From: Trichoplax adhaerens
Lineage: Eukaryota > Animalia > Placozoa
Direction of reading: 5' to 3'
Assembly: GCF_000150275.1 (NCBI RefSeq)
Contig: NW_002060979.1
Span: 280,612-344,611 of the forward strand
DNA: 64,000 bases
Shown here: positions 1 through 13,695 of the stretch, piece by piece
How positions within the stretch are numbered: position 1 is the first letter of the stretch
How the letters are laid out: each line of letters opens with the position of its first letter
Notes under the pieces: generated by a model
The model's input: the letters and a program-made list of their open reading frames with translations, nothing else
Told to the model about the DNA's origin: nothing
Databases searched by the model: none
Program-made: the position numbers and the translations under genes

Positions 1-2083
1 TTAAATGAAAAAATCATCCAATACTAATTATGACCATTTTAATATCAAATAATTATGTTACCATTTAATTTAGCTAAAGAATATGGAATGGATGTGGATT
101 ATGTTTACTTTACAGAGATAATTTAATATTACCCTTATACGTTTCTTTCGCTGTCTATGAACCCGAAGGCGTAGAGATAACTTAATTACATAAACTGATA
201 CGGCGATAGAGTCATGTAATGGTAACATCATTATTCTTTCTCCCATTGTTAGTCTATTTTTAGTAGTTCCAGAAAAGACAATAAATGTTTAGATAGTTGA
301 AGTAGGCAAATTTAATTTGATTTAGTCTAGCTTTGACAATATTATTTCTTAAGGGTCATTTTCTATAATGCAAGCGCTGGCAGACTGCCGAAATTAGTAT
401 CATTGCTATCATAGCTAGTCAAGGTAAATTCTAAAGTCGAAAGCTGGTGCAGCTATGTTTGGTAATATTCTATTTTCTAAATATGAGATATAAAGAATTT
501 ATTATTTTTCTGTATGTAGTTGATAAGAGTTTGGTAGTCTATCCATTAATTAATTATATTATTGATATTATGCATCATTAATGTAAGGGCAATAAATTCC
601 TTCAGTATCAGAAAATTTATTAATTGGAGCTATTTTGCTATAAAATTGTTATAAAGTAGTTTTACTTATTTCCAATTTATGATATATGGTGATAACTGAA
701 ATGTCTTGGTTTCTTGTCAGTCTTAATTTAGAGTCCAAAAACTGCAAAATCTTCCTTATTAAGGAATATCTAAATATGATAGAAATAGCAAACATTAAGC
801 TTGATAAAATTAGAGAACTATAAAAATATATAATTTGATTTATTTATTAACGATAACGGTTTCTTAAACTTAATTGCAAACGTCTTTAGACATCTACTAA
901 TCAATGGATTACGTAGTCATTGATTTTTTACAGAGGAAGATGCTAATATATTAGCAAATTTTGAACATTCTTGCGTGAATTAAGAATATTGCCACATTAG
1001 CTATTAATTAACACGGGTTACGATTACGTCGTAAATAAAAAAATAAACATAATGCAGTTTGATCTCATTTCCATGTTCTAAACTTTTATCAATATATTTT
1101 CCAATACCTATTTTGTCCCGATAATATCTGATTGAGATCGACAGCCTATTTAAAGTACATATTTGTATTATATACAAATTGTAAAGGTATGTTAAGGGCA
1201 TCCTAGGAACTATTTTAATTTCAGACAAAAGTTAGTAATCCAATAGATAGCATTTCGTATAAATAAGCTATTAAGAAAGTTTTGATTTTAAGCGTACTAC
1301 TGTGATATTGAATTTAATTTCTTAATTTTCGTCTGGAACTCTCTGAATTGTTTTATTTAGGGTTAATAGTGCAGATGAGCTACAGAAATTTAATACCGCT
1401 GTATTTATAAGTCCAGAATACTTAATTCTTCATAGATCTTACTTATGAAGTTTTTTCACTTTGCTTTGTAGATTTCAGCAGTAATTTTGATTTAAATCAC
1501 GATGCAATAGCTAGAATCATTTAATCAATCACGATTTGTAATGGAGAAGGTGCTAGCATCTATGCGATTGCTGCGTAATGAAATTTCGTACGGCTTTAAT
1601 AGAAAAAAGCCGGTTGTTGAATCGTGATATGGATGTTTTCTTTAAACGCAGATTTTAGTCTATTCACGTTAAAAGTTTAACATATTTTTAATTTCTAGTA
1701 AAACCGCTCTAACTTTCCTTCAATTCTCTCATGATATTTGAGTACGTCTATTCAACACAATTAGTAACTGTATCTAAACAGTCAGTCTTTATTTAGGGGA
1801 TGCTCTAAGACTGATAACTTGAACAATTAATCTTATAATGTAATTTGAAAGAATTGCCATGAATGTATAATAGCTTTTCATATCTAAAATTTACAGCACA
1901 CACAATATTTACCTCAATTGCTTAATATAATGCACAGGTTTCTCTATTATCATTATAGCTATATGCCATAACAGCTGATATCGATTAAAAGACAGATACG
2001 AAATCAGTTGATAATATAATTTAAAAAAAGTACTAACAAAAGCTATCTTGATAATAGTTTTATTGCATATCATTCTAATTTAG

Positions 2084-3568
2084 GATTTGAACTGAGAACT
2101 AAAGATGATTGTGTCCAAGCTTCGTTAAATTGTAGCATGCATGCATTATGTTATGCCAGCATAAATACTAGCAATATTAACACTACAAGAATGTGCATAT
2201 GCCCTAAAGGATTTACTGGAGATGGAGAAAGCTGCAAAGGTAAAATTAAGCTTGGAATCTAACATCCTTTTATTATTTCTTAAAGAAGTTTTAAATAGCT
2301 GTTGGGATGGAATTACTATACTGCCCTGATTAATTAATTGACAATTTTCGGCTACAATAGATATAAATGAGTGTGCGGCCAATGAGCTTTTATGCTCTCC
2401 TACGACACATGAATGTGTTAATACTAATGGATCATACAGATGTGATTGTAAAAATGGTAATCAGTCTTGCGAAGGTAAAATATTTTACTGTACATTTTGA
2501 ACTTTAGATTACGGATATTATAGTATCTAAATACTACTGAGCTAGTCTAGAATTTCATATTAAGTAAAAATCTAATTAATTATTTCAGTAATTTGCGCAG
2601 AAACATGTAAAAATGATGGAGTCTGTAGATGGACCAATGGTGCTGCAGAGTGCAGGTAATGATTTCGTACTATTTAATATAAAATAAATATCAGAATTCG
2701 GCCATGTAATCATTTCTATGGAGTTATTGGTAACCTTATTACTGGATAAATGCATACTTAGGGTAGTTATATAATTTTAATTAAATTATGACAATCTAGT
2801 GGGATCTTTAAAGTATAATCTAAAAATTGCTCCTGATTATAAATTATAACATCTAGCGTGCGATTTCGTTTTGTTATTAATTGATCTTAATCTATTCGAT
2901 TAAATTGGAGCAGAGATTGTTTTCATTTAACACTTTAAGTGCTCTTTTGAGCCATTAAAATATTGCTCTTATCTTACTCTGATGACTAAGATATAGGCAT
3001 GCTTTAAGAAATTTTTTTCTAATTCTACTAGCTGTACGCATAATTTTCATGGCGAGTTCTGTCAATTTTACAATAATAAAATTCCTACCTTTGGTAAGTA
3101 AATTTTTGCTATTCGAAAATAAATTAAATTTTCGCATAATTTAAGTAGTTACGATTGCCTTTTGCGTGTTAGCTAACAATCCTAATCCATAAATATGCCG
3201 CTAATATGCGTTGCTTTAATTGCAGGAGGATTACCTATTTCAATTATGTTTATGCTTATTGCTGTGTTATTAGTATTAATTGGTATCACCGTTGGTTTAT
3301 GCTACAAATTAAGAAAGCGTCCAAGGTAAGTTGTCATGTTTCGAATATCTGATTTACATGCGATTACAAGCTGCATTTCTCTGGGAAGCCTTTCTAGAGC
3401 TAAATTTATTTTTTATTGGCTAGAAATCATCTTGGCCTACCTGATAAGAGAAAAAATAGGAAGAAATCAAATGGGAATACTATTAGTAACAACAGGAGAA
3501 GCCTTCAAAAACCGCCTATCTTCCGCAGTGATCCAGCGATAAATAATCGCTTAAGCGATATCATATAA
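2084..3568 (+). CDS. Gene 1 (5'-incomplete): type-I membrane protein, EGF-cbEGF-EGF-TM-basic cytoplasmic tail
   Basis: Exons 2084-2239 (TKDDCVQASLNCSMHALC..CICPKGFTGDGESCK), 2361-2474 (DINECAANELLC..VNTNGSYRCDC, cbEGF), 2589-2655 + 3032-3093 (CAETCKNDGVC..AEC|SCTHNFHGEFCQ), 3226-3325 (TM: LPISIMFMLIAVLLVLIGITVGLCY-KLRKRP), 3424-3568 (..RLSDII*). All introns are GT-AG and phases are compatible with no stops. The signal-peptide exon was not resolved. Confidence 0.85.
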
Positions 3569-6500
3569 CTTACATTCAAACTCAAAGTTCAAATTTTATC
3601 TTGACAATCCTTATCTACTTTAAATAAGAAGTCTGCATTTTTGCATTATTAAATAATCCCTTTGATAATTTTTTCTTAATTTTATGGTTATGATTAATTT
3701 ATTAATTTAATTATCAATATTCCTACAAAGGAAATATTATGGTACTATTTATATTTTGGGTCTTATTTTACCTACTATCAATTATGTCTTGCTTCATAGT
3801 TAAATGAAAGTTAGATGCTTGATTCAGGCCAAACCGTTTTACATCCTTTTAAATAATTAGCATAAAAAATCTTTCTGGTTAATTTAGTCTTCCTAACGTA
3901 TGAATTAAGGAGAATTGATACTTTTATAAATTATATCTATTACAATAGGCCTTAATTTAAAATTTGTGAATTTAAATCTTTGCTTTATCCTTTTGTGATT
4001 TTATTTCGTTATCCACTATTCTGCTATAAAATATATAGAAACGATTCTCGCATGAATATTTATGTTAATTTTACCGCATTACAAAATAGCAACATAGAAA
4101 TAAAAAGATTAAATAGAGCAAAAAAATTTGAGCCGTAAATGATTTGGACGACATTTTAATGTTAATTGTTCGATCATGCCATCACGTTAGACAACTGATA
4201 CTGATAAATTTGCTATTGGAATGGCATAGATTATTGCAACGCTTATTATTATTCTAGGCTAAATTTTGGCTAATTTTCAGCACTATCTGGTCAGTGCAAT
4301 CTTGTTATTTTAGCATCTATGCATCAGTAAAACAATAACTTTACATATGTATTTGCTTTCAAAATTAGCTTATAAAGCAGGAAAAAGGAATCTATCGGCA
4401 TTTATTGCGATATTATATCCTGGAAGTCAGATAAAATTATCAACTATTTTCTGTGATGCCTCCCAAAATACGGTTAAATGTTACATAATGACCTGATGAG
4501 TTAAATTAAAATTAATGATAGCGATTGATTTAAAGTTCGTTGGCACGTATTTTAACGAAAGAAAATTTATTGATTTCGAGATTATATTCATACTGTACTT
4601 ATTTATGAATATTGGACGTTTATTCATGGGTCGTGAAACTTTGGCATTTTTGGAGCATAATTGGATAGCTTAATGATTGATTGATAGAGAGGAAAATTAA
4701 TGACTTGTAGTTTATAATATGGTGATATCTACGTGCCAAACAAAATATTGATAGAAATAATTTCCAAGCAATTGAGGATTGCATTATATTTCAACAGACA
4801 AACTTTAGATAAATAACGCGATTGTTGGTCTTGCTGAAGAATGAAATTATGCTGTATAGTACAGGAAATATAACACGATCAGCTGCAGGAAGTTTAGTTA
4901 ATTAATATTTAGCAGGTGAAATAGAACGTGTTATGCCATGACTGATATATTACCACAAGAACCTATCAAAATATTTTTATCGCTATCTATTAATTAAAAG
5001 TTAGGTAAAATAAGACAGGTATTGATTTTATGTATTAAATTCCCTCAGTAGTATTTAATACTAATTCATCGATGATAAACAAATAATATTAACGATCATT
5101 ATAGTTAGATTAAATCTGTCAAACAGTATTTTAGGTAATAAATAATGTATTTATCAATTAATCTGTTCGCACTTGTGATATGAATGGTTAAGACAAAATG
5201 CGGTTAAATGAATCACAATAACATAATTATCTCTGTTCTTACAATAAAGCTAATATAATAGTAATATTTATACAAGGAATTATTAAAGAAGTACTTAGAG
5301 TACTATCTAAGGAAATTGATTAAGGATCGATACTTGGTTTATCGCGATTTATACTCAACTATTTTATGAAAAAAGTGAAATATGGTTAATGAATAGTAGG
5401 TAACTTAAATTTACAAATACTTTTGATCAAAATAGAGCACATCATGACTGAAATAGAGAGATTAAAGAAATTCCGCTTAACCTAGGAGTTAAAGAATATT
5501 GCAGAAATTAATTACGCTTAAATGGTCATTACTGATGAGTCATCTGGTATCAAAGATAAGTAATTAAGTATCATGTGCTGCTTAGCAGAAAATTTACAAT
5601 AAAGAATACTTGATACTGGAGATTTTGTGTATTATAGATCTTACGAAAAAAATAATAAAGCTAAATTACTATAGGATAGATTATATGAATTCACACTTTT
5701 ATTTAATCTTGAAAGAAACTTTCAGTTGTGGCATAGCAGTCAGTAAAACGGTAAGTTAGCATTCATGAAGGTAAATTAGTAAGATAACTGTTTGGAACAT
5801 TGTTCGTTAAAAAATCCTACAGTAATCAAAGACCTGGATAATTGCAACTCAACTTAAATTATCCTACGATAATGCACAAAGGTATTTTATAACACAGACA
5901 ATGTAGTGCAAAAATTGAAGGCATGGTCGATATTTAAAGTAATTCTTCATTATATTTTTTTCTTCAGTATTGTTTGTGCATTTAAATTTAATAGCGTGTC
6001 TTGTAAGCTTTTAACCTAATGGAGAATAAATAACCTACCTCCGGATATGAAGAAAAATTTCTATTCACGCATCCTAATTAAAACTGAATGAAAGCGAACT
6101 TATATGAGAGATGCATCTGGTCAAACGAAATTTTTGATAGGAACGACAGCGGAAGTGAATATTTTTAATTGAGTTTATAACTAGAATGGTTTTCTGTCTA
6201 TAGTACATTTACAAGAATTATTATAGCTGAGATTTTTTATCTTCGAATTTAATGTAAAATGATCTTCATTATTATGCATCCCACAAATAAATCTACAGCT
6301 CATAATTGAATTATGAAATTTCATTTACTGCTTGAATTGAGATAGCTAAATTTGAAAATTATGATTAGCCTATGTACTAACTACAGCAGAATTCATACAA
6401 TCATCACATCACAACCAGAAGCACGTACGACGAAATTTACTACAGTTATACAAATTCTAGCAAAAAATAAAAATTCTATTCCTGAGAAATTATTTCTTTT

Positions 6501-7574
6501 CATTGCTGTCAAGTACCAATTATGTTTTTATTGCTTGCAGACATTTCAAATTTAATAAGCTATAAAGTGAATAAATCATAACTAGATAGTTCTTTTAAAA
6601 TATCTCAAAATATGATCTGGTATAATCTAGTTTCTCATAGCCAATAACTTAAAAAAGATATAAAATATGTTCTACAACGAATATTTCTTGATTTAAAATA
6701 AAGTTAATAGATTTCTCATATTGGATGCGTAGTATTTAGTGTTGCATGACTAACTAGTGTCTTCTGTATTTCGTAATTTTAATAACTATAGCTCTAAAGA
6801 ACTATATATCTTGGTTGAATTTTAATTCAACTAACTCCACGTTTACAGCTTAGTAACATTATAATCAGAAAATGAATGATTGCCTGCTAGTTTAGCACAA
6901 TGACAAAAGCAAGGGAAATTATGATTATGTTATTTTCATGTCCCCTTAGATTACTTATCAGTCAATTATGCAAATTTGCTGGACCGAAAATGGATCATAT
7001 TTATAACAAAAGATTATGCATTATGATATCTGCCAATTGTAATAGCAAAAGACCCACTTTCCGGATATAATATTCAATTGACGATTTGTTTTTAACTGTC
7101 CTCTTAGTTTAGAAATAGTTTCAAAGGATAGGCACTGCATAAAGAGCAGCAATGAATAACATTAGAAAGTACTAAATATTTAAATAATCATTTAGATTTA
7201 AAATCTCTTGTAAACATCAAATGCTTACGAATAAGCTCTTTGTTGGAATAATATTTTATAGCTTCATGAATAAATGTGCTTCGGTATTAAACGGAATAAG
7301 TTTTTAAGAGAAGCATTATACGATAAATTGATGTCTAGAAACTGATTATCTTAATATCAAATACTTACAGACTCGATTCTTGAATATTGCAGAAATTAAA
7401 TCATATTACTTATTATAGTGATATATGATTAATTGACTGTAAGTAAATATGACATGAAAAATAATTTTCTAGCTGTATTGATCAAATACAAAATGATCGC
7501 TGAGGTCTGTGTAGTGGCTTGATAAAGCATTTAAATATGGACATCAACATTAAATTAATAATGCTCTTTACGAT

Positions 7575-8112
7575 TGTAATGTAACTAGTATTGTGATTGT
7601 AGACTGCTAGCCATGTTTAGTATAATGTACGGTAGATATTTATCCTAAGAGATATTTGGTAGCTATAACTATAGACTGTAGAGGTAGAGACTCTATGCTA
7701 GAGTACAGATGACTATATACAGTAAGCTGTTGAGTTACTAATAAGGCTATAGGTAAAAATAAAACTGTAAATCATATATTAGGATATGGTTAATTCATTG
7801 TACTTTGGCTGGTGTGAATAATGTCTACGTAAGTACTGTAGTCGTATCCATATTGGATTAATGATGGTCCGTAGTAGAATAGTCTTACTAAGAATAATTT
7901 AACTATGTGTAAAATAAGGTAAAAGGTTGCTATGCAGATTGTAGCTGCGAGTGCTACAGAAAGTATAAAAGCATACAACTTTAGATTATTCTGTTAGTTC
8001 GTTGTAGAAGTCTTTAGTAGTAGTATTCGGCTAGAGTAGAGCTGTGTGTAGTTAATCTTTGTATAAGATTCAATAAAGCCCTTATTTTTCTAAAATTTGG
8101 AATTTCGTGATT
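7575..8112 (+). mobile_element. Degenerate LTR-like repeat copy
   Basis: 7575-7730 matches the reverse complement of 15460-15617 and 13030-13167. 7980-8112 matches the reverse complement of 11484-11620 (gtattcggctagagtagagctg). Begins TGT; AATAAA at ~8072; no clear TSD. Confidence 0.55.
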
Positions 8113-9193
8113 GGTATATATCAAAACGATATTAAATATATTTTACATAAACAATAATAATCCGTTATCTGCATTTTAACGAAGACAGACAGGAGGGTTT
8201 ATGACATTGAATTAAATATTCCAGCATCAAACTGGAACATTGAATATAAAATTTGAATTGTACCTATGTTTATATTTTAATTATCGCTAGATGAGTATGC
8301 GAGTACTTCAATATTGACAAAATTCTTCACTGTCCTTATTGAATCCTTCTGGAATTAGGCGTAATTTTGATCATTCAAGCTTGCTAATTAAATACACTAG
8401 ATGCGCACTATAGTTTAGCGAATAAATTATCGAAGAAATTAATTATCATCAACTTATATTTACCGTTTTAATCTCAGCCCAGTTGCAGTGCAAGTCTATG
8501 ATAATGTGCTATATTTATTGTAATGATAAATCACAAAGAGTATAAGAATATGACATTCGATTCAAGTAATTATGAATGCCTTGTTTTTCAAAGTCTATAA
8601 TATGCCTGAATACTTATTTAACATTTTATAAATGAAATCATAGCCAGAACAAGTTTTTCAGATAAAGGTAGACATTCATCTATATCCAAATAAAATATCG
8701 ACAAGATTTACTTGCTAGTTGAAATTTGGTGCAAGTAGCATAAATGTGTCATAAACTTAATTTGAAGAATAAGAACTTTGCGGGACAGTAAATAGTATTC
8801 TGGGTTAATTCATCGACTTAGAATTGTACGATAGGGTGCTTCACTTTATTGTTAGATTATAATAGTAGTGTTTAACATCGCTTTATGGTCTGTTTTCTCT
8901 TAAATTGGTACGATATATAGATTCGACTAGTTTATGAATCCTTCAAAAATTTTAGTCTGGCTTGTTTGAGTTGATCTATTTAAAAAATAAGAGAATATGA
9001 CTGAGGTGGACCGTAAATTTTATATCTTCCATCTAAAATTATCTAATTAAATTACAATAAAAAACGTGTATATAGCAAGTACTGAATAATGTATTGAAAG
9101 AATACGCTCGAAATAAATTTTAGCGTATGTCATTATAGAGCTAAACAACTACGCGATAATAAGTAGCCTAGCTTCGTAAGAAATATGTATGAG

Positions 9194-10343
9194 CATTACG
9201 GTGTTACCTTACCGTTAGGATAGTGTAGTACAGTAGTAGCTAATATGGAAAAATACATATTCGTAGTGCTAGGTAAGTGTGACGGAGTACAGACTCCGTC
9301 AATTAATTGTAGCGTTAGTTTTAGTAATTAGTAATTAAGATTTTATTAATTGTTAATAACATTTATTTATTAGGCATTCGATAATTGTAACGTTGTTAGT
9401 AGTCTAGTTATACTTGTTGTAGACTCTGTGCAGAGTAGTGTATTTACAGAGGTGACAACTAATATTCACACATGGTAATTTCTGTTACTTTGTGCCGAGC
9501 CTTCGATTGTTAACTGGCTCTTAATTAGTTTGTAACTCATTAGTGTTGTTTACGCCGTCTGCCATACTAAACCATATAGACAGTCAGCTATACGAAAGCC
9601 ATATATTTTTAGGGTTATTTATCTAAGCTGTGCACCGAGTGCAACCGAGCTAGGGTATATAAAGCCCGGTGCTCATTAGCTGTTGAGTTGACGATTGACC
9701 GTGTAGTGTACGCGTGTAGTTAGAGTAGTCTTGGATGTCAAGACTACCTTGGTTTAATAAACTATTTTAAAAGCCTAAGTCTAGTCTGCCCTTAGCCCGT
9801 TGGGGGCACCTTTGGCTGTTGTAGCCTTAGTATTTATACAAAGACCCAGGTTTCCTTGTCGTGGGTTGAACACGACAGTAAGCTAAGTACATGCCTTAAC
9901 GTGGATATTATTTGTGATAGTTTATTGCATGTTTCATATAGATTTTTATTATGTGTAGATAGTAGTAAGATGATTCAAGTTCCAGCTAAAAATAGTTGAA
10001 TAGGGCAACATTCATGCTTAGATTAAGATTAAGTATGAGTAAGAGATTAAAATATTTACTGATAGAAAAGTTAGGTAGGAACATCTCAGTTCGAGATGTC
10101 TCTCCTAGTGAGTTATAATAATAATACCCCTGTTGTTTACAGATATGATGGTTCCTATATAAACGGTAATATTTGAGTGGGGTTGCATGGTAAAAAGTTG
10201 TAGATGTGTCTATATGCTAATTAAAATTTTATCTTTACGGTGCTTTGTTGTGTGTTTAGCGTTTAGTAACGCAGCGTTTAAGTCAGTAGTTACTTATAGA
10301 CTTTTACAGAACATTTCCTTATCGTCGAGTTTAAATTGTGACG
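9194..10343 (+). mobile_element. Older solo-LTR-like element (family C, ~550 bp) interrupted by a younger LTR
   Basis: Flanked by a 5-bp direct repeat ATGAG (9189-93 / 10344-48). 9194-9277 + 9883-10343 are the reverse complement of the uninterrupted copy at 40632-41184. TATATAAA at 10156. Termini have decayed (CATTAC.../...GTGACG). Confidence 0.8.
9278..9877 (+). mobile_element. Young 600-bp solo LTR (family D)
   Basis: TG...CA termini (TGTGACG...CACGACA) and a perfect 5-bp TSD GTAAG (9273-77 / 9878-82). TATATAAA at 9656 and AATAAA at 9756 give a U3-R-U5-like layout. GC is higher than in the flanks. Confidence 0.88.
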
Positions 10344-11474
10344 ATGAGGATAATATTGTTTGCAATGATTCTGCTGTAGTTCATATCAGTAACTAGTTAT
10401 ACTTTTGTGAAATAACCTATTTTGGGACAAATCCTTTCCTGAATCTGCATGAATTGTTACAGTTACATTAATAAATCTAGCCATTTTCTTTATAATTACT
10501 ACTTAGTTATAGTGATACAGCTTTGACTCGTAAGTTTCTTGGCATGAATGAAAATGTTTAAATGCATGGATTGACAAGTATTTATCTAGAGTAGATTTAT
10601 AAGCATAAATAAATCAATATTCTTTCAAAACTGTATTTTCAAATTTGATAATTTAGAAGTAAAATAAAGTCTTACTTTTTGTAATATATTAATGTTGCTT
10701 TCAGAAAGAAAAAATAGGTGAATTGGGTATATCGTAACCATTCTGCAATTTTGATACAAATAAAATATCGATATATTGCTTCGCTAGTGCTATATTAGTA
10801 ACAAAAAACGACTTTACTTCACAAAACCAACATCTACAATCTTGATTAGTCTTAGATTTAGGGAAATAGCACCTATTATTCAATTCTGGGCAATCCCTCA
10901 ATTATTTTATTAATGATTAGTTAAATATAATACGATGTAGATTAATTGTAATTTCCATTGAAATACTGTTATAACTTTTACAATAAGTGTCAACACTGTC
11001 GCAAATTCAGCTTTTTGATCATCTAAACTTAACTACTAGCTACTTCAGGGCTCCTACTAACTAAGGAGAAATACCGTGAGTTTGACAAACTACAGATTCA
11101 CAAGTACTATGAGTGGCTGGAAGGTTGTTTAGCTTTATGAGTTCTATTCTAAGAGTATCCTAAAAGTATAGACCTTGTCGTACAACAAAAATAATAGCAA
11201 CTGCGCGATGTAGTATCTGCTCGGCCTTATATACGATTGTCACACATAGGTGGTGCAATACAGAGAAACATGTCTAACATTATTTACTTCCATTGGTATG
11301 AGAAACAAGATTGTAATATGACTCAGTGTAGCGTCCGGTTGTAAACAACATTAACTATTCATCACATCTGAAGCTGGAGTAAATAAATAAATAATATTGG
11401 TGTTTGATAAGTTACTTATTATGTTTGATTGAGTCTTTTAGAATTCTTTTCTGAAATACCGTACTAGTATTTGA

Positions 11475-12306
11475 TATAACGGATCACAAAAATTCAAAAT
11501 TTATAAAAGGATTAGAACTTTATTAGATCTTATTCAAAAATAACGTATGCTCAGCTCTACTCTAGCCGAATACAACTACTAAATACTTCTAAAAATAAGT
11601 ACTAGAATAATCTTAATTGCCAGCATATATATATATAAAAGTATACATTGCGTAACATTCGCAGTTATAATCAGTAACATTCTATCATATTTCATTATTA
11701 CAAATCAGCTTTTAATAAGTCGATTCCCTGAACCATGTATCAGGGAATAATGTCTACTCTTTCAGAAATACTTTTTCAAAATTAGTAGACTACAAAAAGA
11801 CTTAGACGCCTCGAATCTTACGTTAAACCGTAATCTTAAGAACTCTCTTTATTATACTATATATCGTATTTTTATACTCTTTTACAATAGCAAAGACATT
11901 CCAGTTAGTAGTACTAAGGTTTAAACCTGGTAATGAATCAAAAGCTATATATATTTGTACCGCTACTTAAAGAAGAAAACAGTATTTACGAACATAGTCA
12001 TCAAATGACTAATACAAAATAGTCAGATTACAATATATCCCATCACAGAACATTTCTACGATCTACCATAAGTAAATCACAATCACAGTGATTTGAATTA
12101 CAAGAAGATTATTATCGCTTCCCTAATTAAACAACCAATTTCAGTGGACTGTATCTACGTACAGCATATCACCATAAAAGCTAGTGCTATATTTAATATC
12201 ACATATCTAAATTATAAACTCTTTAAATAAGGATAAATCAACAAAGTTTTCCTAACATAGATATTTCTACTCTAATCTAGATATCATAGTGTATAACACT
12301 GTAACA
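11475..12306 (-). mobile_element. Diverged/mosaic solo-LTR-like copy related to family B
   Basis: 11720-12306 is similar to 28130-28716 (cagtatttacgaacatag..., ends cactgtaaca). The left part is similar to the 7980-8112 repeat. Possible 4-bp TSD TTGA. Confidence 0.6.
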
Positions 12307-12378
12307 TTGAGATTTATTCATATTATTTTTTCGTGAAAATATTTTACAGCAGACTATCATTAATCCAATATAGAAACT

Positions 12379-12635
12379 TGTCACGTAAGTAATTTTCTTG
12401 ACATGTACTTTATTTCTTTGTTACGTTCTATGTATGTTTACATCTAAGAAATGTTTACGGTCTCCTTAATTGTAACTTTAGTAGTCAACAGTAGATATGT
12501 CAGTAATCCTTAATTTAGTATTAGATAGACTAAGATAATAATTGCCAATTATTTAAACTGGATTGTAGCTATCACTTTCAGGGTTGTTAAAGTTCAAAGT
12601 ATAATTTATAAATTTAGAGGAATGTGATCGTGACA
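12379..12635. mobile_element. ~257-bp TG...CA element with 7-bp terminal inverted repeats; empty-site paralogue of the element split by the 13696-15051 insertion
   Basis: TGTCACG...CGTGACA ends. Its reverse complement matches 13590-13695 joined to 15056-15190 with a single CTAT at the junction. Confidence 0.7.
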
Positions 12636-12636
12636 T

Positions 12637-12908
12637 TGTTATATACTGTATTAGAGTGGAAATGTCTATCTTAGGATAATATACTGACATATACATGTAC
12701 TGAAATTAATCCTAACCGTAACCCTAACCCTAACCCTAACATTAACTCAACTGTTAATTTCAGTATATGTATACATGTCACTGTCATAATTAGCCAGTGC
12801 TATAAAAAATAAGATATCCAAATTAGAAGTTAAATAAATAAGTATAAGCTAACAAAATTATCCGAACATAGATATTTCTATTCTAATACAGTATTTAACT
12901 CTGTTACA
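12637..12908. repeat. Fold-back (head-to-head family-B LTR ends) with an interstitial telomere-like (TAACCC)n spacer
   Basis: Arms 12685-12709 (tgacatatacatgtactgaaattaa) and 12754-12780 (ttaatttcagtatatgtatacatgtca) are near-perfect inverted repeats. Outer arms are 12637-12680 / 12857-12900. The loop contains cctaaccgtaaccctaaccctaaccctaac (12711-12740). Confidence 0.8.
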
Positions 12909-13695
12909 TTGGTAAATAAGGGATAATGAATCCCGAAGACTATAGTAATTTAGAGATTTATTTTACGTTATTTTTGTCACGGCGCTATTTCTTAACAATA
13001 CAGTATAGTAACTAATCATCTGTAAGGTAGCATAGAATCTACCATTACAGTCTATAATTATGGGCTACTAAATATACGTATCATAAGATAAATATAGAAA
13101 CGACGCTACCGTATATCATACTAAAAATGGTTAATAGTCTACAATCACAATACTAAGTTAATTCACAAGGAAATTTCTTAGAAGGATTGTCTTATACTTG
13201 TTTGATAAAATATTATAACGCATTAATTAATTTAATACTGAAGCAGTAAATTTTATAGGATTAGAGTCTGTTTAATCTGTACAGATAGAGGCTCTTTTTA
13301 CGAGCTTAGGCAGATAGGCTTTAACACGCCGAGACTTTCAAAACTCACTAGGAAATCGTAATCTAATTTATTATCCGCAAATCCTCGGCTTATATAAATT
13401 TTGGTAACTAAAAATCATTTAACTACACAAGGCAGCTCGTCTATTAGAAATTAGCCAAAAAATACTCTAAAGAGATTCTATTTGTGCAGATTAGATACAC
13501 TCTAATCATATCAAATTCACTATATCAGTATTAAATTAAAATAATCAATGCTTAATAACAGTTTAACAGATACATATTAAACTATCCTACTAAGATATTT
13601 CCTCTAAACTTAGGAATTGTACTTTAAATCTTAATAGATTTGGAGGTAATAGATGCAATCCAGCTAACTGGTTGGTAATTACTGTTTTAGTCTAT

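Noticed and set aside
354-1600. Candidate upstream exons of gene 1 (354-423, 889-975, 1515-1587)
   Set aside because: In-frame stops or incompatible phases; no convincing signal-peptide exon could be built.
11050-11350. ORF-like stretches at ~11050-11350 (+) and ~17100-17700 (-)
   Set aside because: Multiple stops and no recognisable domain; cannot be supported as pseudogenes without a search.
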